Positions 6,417 to 12,532 of a stretch of 13,293 nt of DNA are shown piece by piece (the stretch's first letter is position 1; the number at the start of each line of letters is the position of its first letter). Location: the IMG/VR virus record IMGVR_UViG_2563366821_000011, one strand, 5' to 3'. The notes beneath the pieces are model-generated. The model worked only from the letters and a program-made list of their open reading frames with translations, did no database searches and had not been told where the DNA came from. A program made the position numbers and the translations under genes. The DNA comes from a virus (taxonomy: Duplodnaviria; Heunggongvirae; Uroviricota; Caudoviricetes).

Positions 6417-7583
6417 ATGCTGGTACTGAAGCAGCAACTGAAAGAGGCCCGTATCCCACAGGCGGTGGTGGCGAGAGCTGTCGATGTTTCTGAGGCCACG
6501 CTGGCCCAGATTGTGAATCATAACGCGTGGCCCCGCACCAGCCCCGGAGAAGTGCGCCGGCGTCTTGCGTCCTGGCTGGAAAGTCAGGGGATTGATACAA
6601 CGAAGAGTTTTGATGCTGTACAGGGCGCAGCCACGCCCCGTACAGCGGGTACCACAGATAAAACGAGCCTCAGTGAGGAAGAGAATATGTTACTCAAAAA
6701 ACAGGTGTTATTTCCAGCAACCAAAAAAGCGTTTGGTCTTTTCCGTGACCCGTTCGCCGATGAAGCCATGCAGGGTTCTGATGATGTGTTCACCACCCCG
6801 GACATTCGCTACGTGCGTGAGGCGTTGTACCAGACAGCCCGTCATGGTGGGTTTATGGCCGTCATCGGTGAGTCCGGTGCGGGTAAATCCACGCTGCGCC
6901 GCGACCTGACTGAACGTATCAACCGCGAGAATGCGCCGGTAATTGTTATCGAGCCATACATCATCGCTATGGAAGACAACGATGTGAAAGGGAAAACCCT
7001 GAAGGCAGCAGCGATTGCCGAAGCCATTATCAGTACCATCGCACCACTGGAAAGCATCAGACGCAGTCAGGACGCCCGCTTTCGCCAGTTGCATCGCGTC
7101 CTGAAAGACAGCAGCCAGGCGGGGTTCAGCCACGTTTTGGTGATTGAGGAGGCCCACAGTCTGCCCATTCCGACACTGAAACACCTCAAACGCTTTTTTG
7201 AGCTGGAGTCCGGTTTCAAAAAACTGCTGTCCATCGTGCTGATTGGCCAGCCGGAACTGGCGACAAAACTGTCTGAACGCAATATGGAAGTCCGTGAAGT
7301 CGTTCAGCGTTGTGAGGTGGTCGAACTTCTGCCTCTGGACAATAACCTTGAAGAATTTCTGACGTTCAAACTGCAACGGGCCGGTAAACAACTGACGGAC
7401 ATTATGGACGCCAGCGCAGTGGATGCCATACGTGCCCGCCTGAGCAATCCGGGAAGTCATCGTAAAAATATGGTCAGCCTGCTGTATCCGCTGGCCGTCA
7501 GTAACCTGGTGATAGCCGCCATGAATCTGGCCGCTGAAATCGGGGTTCCACAGGTCAACGCTGACGTTGTCAAAGGGGTTTAA
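6417..7583 (+). CDS. Mu B-like AAA+ ATPase (transposition target DNA activator), 388 aa
   Basis: SD GAGGAGG directly upstream. N-terminal HTH (QAVVARAVDVSEATLAQIVN), Walker A GESGAGKST and Walker B VLVIEEAH. An in-frame internal ATG with its own SD lies at 6687. Confidence 0.85.
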   Translation: MLVLKQQLKEARIPQAVVARAVDVSEATLAQIVNHNAWPRTSPGEVRRRLASWLESQGIDTTKSFDAVQGAATPRTAGTTDKTSLSEEENMLLKKQVLFPATKKAFGLFRDPFADEAMQGSDDVFTTPDIRYVREALYQTARHGGFMAVIGESGAGKSTLRRDLTERINRENAPVIVIEPYIIAMEDNDVKGKTLKAAAIAEAIISTIAPLESIRRSQDARFRQLHRVLKDSSQAGFSHVLVIEEAHSLPIPTLKHLKRFFELESGFKKLLSIVLIGQPELATKLSERNMEVREVVQRCEVVELLPLDNNLEEFLTFKLQRAGKQLTDIMDASAVDAIRARLSNPGSHRKNMVSLLYPLAVSNLVIAAMNLAAEIGVPQVNADVVKGV

Positions 7584-7585
7584 TA

Positions 7586-7855
7586 ATGAAATCCACCACA
7601 GGTATCAACCAGCAAATCAGCAAAGTGCAGTCAGCCATTATGGCGCTTAAGGCGACGAACACGGATGTACAAAGCATCACCATCAGGGGTAACAAACCTG
7701 TCATCCGCGTTTCCCGGAGTGCGCATTGCATGCGCATGCTTGAGCAGGGAAAGGCCTGTTATCTGTATACCGGACATGACCACAGGGGATATTTCCGTCA
7801 GGGCGTTTTCGAACTGCACGGCTGTCGCGTCGTGTGGCCGGAATCTTTGTGGTAA
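7586..7855 (+). CDS. Hypothetical early protein, 89 aa
   Basis: ATG 3 nt after the B stop, with SD-like AAGGGG upstream. No recognisable motif. Confidence 0.55.
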   Translation: MKSTTGINQQISKVQSAIMALKATNTDVQSITIRGNKPVIRVSRSAHCMRMLEQGKACYLYTGHDHRGYFRQGVFELHGCRVVWPESLW

Positions 7856-7882
7856 TCAGCACAACAGGAGGAGTCATAAAAT

Positions 7883-8413
7883 ATGGCAAAAAGTACAAAA
7901 GGGGCAAAACGTATCAAAGCCGCAGCAGCACTCTGGGTGCCGGGGACACGCGAAGAGGTCATTGAGGGAATCAGACTGCTTGGTGACGCGCAACGTGAAC
8001 TGGTCAGGGCTGAAACAGAAATGAATGACACCATTGGCGACATCACTGCACGTTATGCCCCGCTCACCGAGAGCCTGAAAAAACGCATGGCCGAACTGCA
8101 GTCCGGTATCCAGACATGGTGTGAGGCGCACCGTGATGAACTGACCGGCAACGGGAAGGTGAAGTTCGCTAACCTCACCACCGGCGAGGTGCAGTGGCGA
8201 AACCGTCCGCCGTCAGTCAGCATTCGCGGGGCGGATAATGTCATTGAACTGCTGAGACGTCTGGGGCTTGAGCGCTTTATTCGTGTAAAGGAGGAAATAA
8301 ATAAAGATGCCATTCTGAATGAAAAAGAGGCCGTGAAAAATATTCCCGGTATTTCCATTAAAAGCGACATTGAGGATTTTTCAATAATTCCTTTTGAGCA
8401 GGATGTGCAGTAA
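7883..8413 (+). CDS. gam: Host-nuclease inhibitor Gam (Mu Gam family, Ku-like DNA-end binding), 176 aa
   Basis: Strong SD AGGAGG. Co-linear with Mu Gam as I recall it: MAKxxKRIKxAAAxxVP..., TEMNDxI, WCEAxRDELT, PPSVSIRGxDxV, GLxRFIRxKxEINKxAIL and C-terminal EDFSIIPFEQ. Confidence 0.9.
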   Translation: MAKSTKGAKRIKAAAALWVPGTREEVIEGIRLLGDAQRELVRAETEMNDTIGDITARYAPLTESLKKRMAELQSGIQTWCEAHRDELTGNGKVKFANLTTGEVQWRNRPPSVSIRGADNVIELLRRLGLERFIRVKEEINKDAILNEKEAVKNIPGISIKSDIEDFSIIPFEQDVQ

Positions 8414-8510
8414 ACACACCACGTTAATTATTTAATAAAAACATTTTCTTTTTTATTCCGGCGTCAGCGCCGTGGGCTTCTGCACGCCGGAAACAGAGGA
8501 GAATTAAATT

Positions 8511-8705
8511 ATGATATTTAAATGTATTCAGTGCGAGAGGGATATAACAGCCCTGCGTTTTCACAGCGCCATCGCCGTGATGTCCGGTAAGTATCACATA
8601 CCTGCAGTACGTGTCACCCTGGTCTGCCCGTACTGCAGCCAGCATTTTTCGGCGGACGTGCCCGTCATGGAATTCTCCCGCCCTGACAGGGAGGACGCGC
8701 AATGA
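8511..8705 (+). CDS. Small zinc-ribbon protein, 64 aa
   Basis: SD GAGGAG. Two CxxC pairs (C5/C8 and C39/C42). Its stop overlaps the next start in an ATGA. Confidence 0.55.
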   Translation: MIFKCIQCERDITALRFHSAIAVMSGKYHIPAVRVTLVCPYCSQHFSADVPVMEFSRPDREDAQ

Positions 8706-8974
8706 TTACCCCACAGGAAGCACGACAGCGCACCCGAACCCTTGTTGAACACTATGTCAACGAGTGTGAATGCCGCGACCTCACCGATGTGAATCACGTC
8801 CTGACGGCGCTAATCAGCATGGCCACACAGGCCATTGTGGCGACCAACGGAAAGGAGGCTGCCCTGCAGGTACTGATGAACACACTCACCCACACGGCAG
8901 AGCATGAGGTGCCGTACCGGATGGAAACCACTGCAGAAGGCGGCCTGCACATCACCGTCAGCCGGAAGCACTGA
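8702..8974 (+). CDS. Hypothetical early protein, 90 aa
   Basis: ATGA overlap with the upstream ORF. Codon usage matches its neighbours. Confidence 0.5.
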   Translation: MITPQEARQRTRTLVEHYVNECECRDLTDVNHVLTALISMATQAIVATNGKEAALQVLMNTLTHTAEHEVPYRMETTAEGGLHITVSRKH

Positions 8975-8983
8975 GGGCGCGGC

Positions 8984-9280
8984 ATGACACGAAACACCGA
9001 ACTCACCCGCACCGCCCTCTACCGTCTGGCCCTGCAGCGTTTCGGGCCGGACGCACAGGCCCTGAAACTGGCAGAAGAGGCCGCTGAACTGGCGGCCAGT
9101 GCCGCCCGCAACCTGAACGGACAGGGCAGCGAAAGTGACCTCGCGGCAGAGCTGGCAGACGTGGAAATCATGACAGAGCAACTGCGCCTTCAGGGGATGG
9201 ACCGGCTGATTGACTTCCACAAACAGAAAAAACTGGAACGTCTGGCTGCACGACTGGGCGTGATTTACACGAACGAGTAA
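8984..9280 (+). CDS. MazG-like nucleoside triphosphate pyrophosphohydrolase domain protein, 98 aa
   Basis: Motifs KLAEEAAELAASAARN and AAELADVEIMTEQL resemble the acidic EExxE and E-x-x-D metal-binding helices of small MazG/HisE-like NTP-PPases. SD GAGGG upstream. Confidence 0.6.
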   Translation: MTRNTELTRTALYRLALQRFGPDAQALKLAEEAAELAASAARNLNGQGSESDLAAELADVEIMTEQLRLQGMDRLIDFHKQKKLERLAARLGVIYTNE

Positions 9281-9294
9281 CCGGGAGGCATTCA

Positions 9295-9510
9295 ATGGCT
9301 GACATACTCAGGGAAATCACCGCATGGACACTGATTCTTACTGGCCTGGCGACATGCCTCAGTGCGGGGGCAGCCCTGGCTGCCCTGCTGATGCACATAA
9401 CAACACAGTGGTTATGGGAAAAGCTTAAAGCAGCATACAGCCTGAAAGAGCTGTCCGACGCTGTCCGGGCATGGAAACGGCAGAAAAATACCGGAGATAC
9501 AGAACAATGA
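9295..9510 (+). CDS. Small membrane protein, 71 aa
   Basis: SD GGGAGG. Hydrophobic helix ITAWTLILTGLATCLSAGAALAALLM. Its stop overlaps the next start in an ATGA. Confidence 0.5.
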   Translation: MADILREITAWTLILTGLATCLSAGAALAALLMHITTQWLWEKLKAAYSLKELSDAVRAWKRQKNTGDTEQ

Positions 9511-10190
9511 CAGACCAGAATAAACACATTGAGAAACTGAAAAAGTTGCTGGCGCTGGCCGCATCCGGCAACCCGCACGAGGCCGCTCTGGCACTGCGCC
9601 GAGCCCGTAAACTGATGGATGTTCACGGCATCACACATTCCGACATTGCTATGAGTGATATTGATGAAACCATCAGTCACTACTGGCCGACAGGCAGTCT
9701 CCGTCCACCGCGCTACATGCTGGGCCTGATGAACATCATCCGCGAGGTATTTGGTGTTAACTCCATCATTCACCCCGGCACGCACCCGTCTGTGGGGTTC
9801 TACGGCAACCGGGAACGTGCGGCACTGGCTGCATACACCTGGGAAGTGCTGGCCCGTCAGCTGAAAAAGGCGCGTCAGCAGTATATCAGTGCACAGAACA
9901 AAAGAATAAAAACCGCCACCCGCACCAGCCGTGGAGACCAGTTTGCCGAAGGCTGGGTGCTGGCCGTTATCAGTGAAATACAGTCCTTTGCCCTGACCGA
10001 TGATGAGCGTGAACTGATGCAGCAGTGGCTGGAACATAAATACCCGCAGACGCAAACCACCAGGGCGCGTAAACCGGGAAGAAGCCGCAATGGCGACGCC
10101 TCGCGCTATGCGGGGTTTCGTGAAGGGCAGAACGTCAGACTGCACCGCCCGGTCAGTGGGCAGGAACAACAGAAACTGGAGGCCAGATGA
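9507..10190 (+). CDS. Hypothetical early protein with DUF2786-like N-terminal motif, 227 aa
   Basis: N-terminus IEKLKKLLALAASGNPHEAALALRRARKLMDVHGI matches the conserved DUF2786 motif as I recall it. ATGA overlap with the upstream gene, SD GGAGA. Confidence 0.6.
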   Translation: MTDQNKHIEKLKKLLALAASGNPHEAALALRRARKLMDVHGITHSDIAMSDIDETISHYWPTGSLRPPRYMLGLMNIIREVFGVNSIIHPGTHPSVGFYGNRERAALAAYTWEVLARQLKKARQQYISAQNKRIKTATRTSRGDQFAEGWVLAVISEIQSFALTDDERELMQQWLEHKYPQTQTTRARKPGRSRNGDASRYAGFREGQNVRLHRPVSGQEQQKLEAR

Positions 10191-10417
10191 TTACGCTATC
10201 AGGTAACAGCCGGAAATTAAAAGCCTGCCGAATATCTGCCAGATACCTTTTTGCCCGCGCCTTTTTTAAGAACGTCAGGCCGGGGATCACAATTGGTGTT
10301 ATTGCCGGACGCGAACAGGTTGAAAAATACATGTCAGGTGCATGGTGGAATAACGACCCTGTCATTGCTGCCCGTAATATTCATATCAGTTGGGGGGATA
10401 TTCAGAATGACGGCTGA
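10187..10417 (+). CDS. Hypothetical small protein, 76 aa
   Basis: ATGA overlap with the upstream gene; basic N-terminus. Weakly supported. Confidence 0.4.
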   Translation: MITLSGNSRKLKACRISARYLFARAFFKNVRPGITIGVIAGREQVEKYMSGAWWNNDPVIAARNIHISWGDIQNDG

Positions 10418-10622
10418 ATCTGTTGTATGTGCCCTGTTCTGGTATTGTTTTGTCGGTTGGTGTACTGCTGAACTGCACCGCCGTTCAGGGTTTTATTCAC
10501 GTTACAGTGGTGCCGGCTACTGGATTAGCTGGTCGGTGATGTTCCTGTGCTGGCCTGTGGCGCTTCCTTTATATGTCGATTATATCGGTGGCGCAGGTAA
10601 AAGGAGCAACGATGATGACTAA
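10407..10622 (+). CDS. Small membrane protein, 71 aa
   Basis: SD GGGGGGA 8 nt upstream of ATG. Two hydrophobic, Trp/Cys-rich segments (VVCALFWYCFVGWC and WISWSVMFLCWPVALPLYV). Confidence 0.45.
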   Translation: MTAESVVCALFWYCFVGWCTAELHRRSGFYSRYSGAGYWISWSVMFLCWPVALPLYVDYIGGAGKRSNDDD

Positions 10623-11064
10623 ACAACGTCTTATCCAGCTCATTCATATTGCCCGTAATGAACTGGGTATGGATGAAGACACCTACCGCCAGATGTTACA
10701 GGGGCTGACCGGTAAAGCCTCAACCAAAGGAATGGATACCACACAACTAAACTGCGTGCTGGAATCCATGAAAAGGAAAGGCTTTCGCGTTAAGCCTGCC
10801 AGAAAAGCCAGCTCCGGTTTACCGCTGGATAACCATCCGCAGTCCAGGAAAATCCGTGCGCTATGGCTTGAAATGGCTGCTGCCGGCATTGTTCGTGACC
10901 GTTCAGAAAATGCATTAGCGCGGTGGATCAAGCGGGAAACGGGCATCAGCGCCCTGCGCTGGCTCAATACTGAACAGGCAAGCAGTGTTATTGAGAAACT
11001 GAAGAAGTGGCAGCGCAGAGCTGCGGGAGTAAAACATGAGCGACCTGAATCAGTTTCGAAGTAA
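10612..11064 (+). CDS. gemA: GemA-like protein (Mu gp16 family, DUF1018), 150 aa
   Basis: SD AAGGAG 5 nt upstream. N-terminal motif KQRLIQLIHIARNELGMDEDTYRQMLQGLTGKAS is typical of Mu gp16/GemA-like proteins. Lies immediately upstream of mor, as in Mu. Confidence 0.7.
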   Translation: MMTKQRLIQLIHIARNELGMDEDTYRQMLQGLTGKASTKGMDTTQLNCVLESMKRKGFRVKPARKASSGLPLDNHPQSRKIRALWLEMAAAGIVRDRSENALARWIKRETGISALRWLNTEQASSVIEKLKKWQRRAAGVKHERPESVSK

Positions 11065-11434
11065 AGGGCCGGAACTCCTGGTGGAACTGGCACAGCATAC
11101 CTCTGAGACCGTTCGCGAGATTATTGATATTGAGCCCGCAATTGCCGACCAGATTGGTCAGGCCGTCGCGAACCGAATGATGCAGGTCTGGGGCGGGCAA
11201 AACGTTTATTTCCCGATGGGCATGGTATGGAAGGTCAGTCAGCGCGACCGGGAAATCTTCAGGGAGTTTAACGGACGCAACCACCACGAACTGGCCCGCA
11301 ATTTTGGTGTTTCGCTTCAGTGGGTCTACAGCGTGGTTAAGCGGGTCAGAAAAGAAGAACTGGATCGGATGCAGGGCAGGTTGTTTGATGAAGATCTGCC
11401 AGAGGAGACGAAAGACGTTAACAAATCCAGATAA
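11036..11434 (+). CDS. mor: Mor-family transcriptional activator (middle operon regulator), 132 aa
   Basis: Motifs GGQNVYFP and FNGRNHHELARNFGVSLQWVYSVVKRVRK match the Mor/C family HTH region. Last gene of the early operon. Confidence 0.85.
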   Translation: MSDLNQFRSKGPELLVELAQHTSETVREIIDIEPAIADQIGQAVANRMMQVWGGQNVYFPMGMVWKVSQRDREIFREFNGRNHHELARNFGVSLQWVYSVVKRVRKEELDRMQGRLFDEDLPEETKDVNKSR

Positions 11435-11479
11435 TTCCTGCTTGTTAAAGTCCTTTCAAAAATCTCCTTATTGTATAAG

Positions 11480-11511
11480 AGCACGGTAGACCCTTTACCG
11501 TGCTTTTTTTA
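11480..11511 (+). terminator. Rho-independent terminator-like hairpin (stem AGCACGGTA / TACCGTGCT, 7-nt loop, T-run)
   Basis: Perfect 9-bp inverted repeat immediately followed by 6-7 T, 46 bp after the mor stop. It could also serve as a dyad protein-binding site. Confidence 0.6.
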
Positions 11512-11548
11512 TGCTCTCTATGTAATATTCAGGATGCAGGGAGAAAAT

Positions 11549-12181
11549 ATGTTTGACGTTTCGTTATTAAATCTGCCATGGGCAACACTGGTGACCCTGA
11601 CCAGTGGCTATATTGGGTATTTTATTGCGAATGTGGGGCTGAAGGATCACCACAAACCCATTGAGGTGACTTTTTCTTCGCTGATTTTTGGCCTGACAGC
11701 AATGATGGCTTACCAGGCTGTTATGTGGGCAGGTCTGAATGCCTGGCTGGCAACCCCCCCAGCACTTCTGTGTGCCGTTACATGCGGTGCGTGGTGGCGC
11801 AGGTACGGTCGCAAATGGATGTACAGATTACTGTGGAATAATGATATTTCATGGTCTGACAATACCAGCTCAGCATGGCAGGCAATGTTTGATCAAACAG
11901 GCTTCAGCGTCACCGAGGTCAGAGTGATTCTTCGCGATGGTTCCGGTATGATGTCACGGCTGCCAGGGAACTTTGAAGAGTGGCCTAACGGTCCGTTTAC
12001 CCTGGGAAATAAAGGCGATATGGTTCTTTACGTCACGCACAGCAGCCCTTCAGGAAGTAACGAATGGGAAGAGTATAAAGGCGTGGTTGATAAGTACTGG
12101 GGAGCTCTGGCAACCTATATTCCAGCAGATCAGATTGCCAGAGTGGAGATCAGGCGCGTTCGTGCAACGAACGATGAATGA
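11549..12181 (+). CDS. Hypothetical membrane protein (three N-terminal TM helices plus a soluble C-terminal domain of about 120 aa), 210 aa
   Basis: SD GGGAGA 7 nt upstream of ATG. Three hydrophobic segments in the first 85 aa, followed by RRYGRK. Occupies the position where Mu carries C. No family recognised. Confidence 0.65.
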   Translation: MFDVSLLNLPWATLVTLTSGYIGYFIANVGLKDHHKPIEVTFSSLIFGLTAMMAYQAVMWAGLNAWLATPPALLCAVTCGAWWRRYGRKWMYRLLWNNDISWSDNTSSAWQAMFDQTGFSVTEVRVILRDGSGMMSRLPGNFEEWPNGPFTLGNKGDMVLYVTHSSPSGSNEWEEYKGVVDKYWGALATYIPADQIARVEIRRVRATNDE

Positions 12182-12343
12182 TGTTTATTTTTTCCCTGGA
12201 GCAGGAGCTGCCGGCATAGTGGTTTTATTGGCAGAGGAAGACGATTCTCCTTTTCTACCGGAATCGCGCTCGAACGTCACAATGTGCTTGCTTTTGGGCT
12301 TTTCTGAGTAATCCAGGCTGTCATGCTTATTGTTTTGAGTAGT

Positions 12344-12421
12344 CATTGGAATCATCCTTTTTGTTACGGGTCATGTTTCAGCAAACTCGATTCTAAGTTG
12401 CCAGGAAGGATGATTTCAATG
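12344..12421. repeat. Inverted repeat, 16 bp arms (CATTGGAATCATCCTT / AAGGATGATTTCAATG, 15/16 match) separated by 46 bp
   Basis: Direct reading of the sequence: arms at 12344-12359 and 12406-12421. Confidence 0.5.
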
Positions 12422-12499
12422 CCCGACTTATCTATCGTATAGCGGAAAAGAATTTCAGTTCTGTTCACCAGAACCCATGTTAACCCACTCCAATTCGTT

Positions 12500-12532
12500 A
12501 TTTATCTCACGGATCCCCCTTCATTTATCTCA
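12500..12532. repeat. Direct repeat ATTTATCTCA x2 (12500-12509 and 12523-12532), 23-bp register, next to the dgcQ junction
   Basis: Exact 10-bp direct repeat, each followed by a GATC-containing segment, lying just inside the foreign DNA. Confidence 0.4.

Larger units (their letters stand above)
1664..12181. mobile_element. Defective Mu-like transposable prophage remnant (early region only: c, ner-like, A, B, gam, gemA, mor plus accessory genes)
   Basis: Mu-like gene order and content: leftward repressor, rightward early operon with DDE transposase, AAA+ B protein, Gam, GemA and Mor. No late, lysis, head or tail genes and no Mu-type terminal repeats were found. The left boundary abuts IS1. 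The right boundary is uncertain and could extend to about 12543. Confidence 0.7.

Noticed and set aside
6708-7460. 250-aa ORF on the minus strand inside the B gene
   Set aside because: It is antisense to a well-supported AAA+ CDS with Walker A and B motifs. It has no RBS and a Gln/Phe/Arg-rich low-complexity translation typical of antisense frames in GC-rich coding DNA.
8810-9295. 161-aa minus-strand ORF overlapping the 90-aa and MazG-like genes
   Set aside because: Antisense to plus-strand genes that have RBSs and ATGA coupling. No supporting signals.
9168-10169. 333-aa ORF on the minus strand spanning several plus-strand early genes
   Set aside because: It overlaps four co-directional, translationally coupled plus-strand genes with good RBSs. 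This is an antisense open frame caused by codon bias.
10683-11287. Minus-strand ORFs (136 aa and 99 aa) antisense to gemA and mor
   Set aside because: GemA and Mor motifs identify the plus strand as coding. The antisense frames are coincidental.
11535-11548. Upstream in-frame ATG (11535) for the post-mor membrane protein
   Set aside because: It has no SD. ATG 11549 is preceded by GGGAGA at good spacing.
11973-12311. 112-aa plus-strand ORF overlapping the 3-prime end of the membrane protein gene in another frame
   Set aside because: Alternative frame of a better-supported gene that simply runs into the non-coding spacer. No RBS.
12338-12358. Possible IS2-like end (AGTCATTGGA)
   Set aside because: Only about 10 nt resemble my recollection of an IS2 terminus, with no extended match and no transposase ORF. 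Treated as coincidence.
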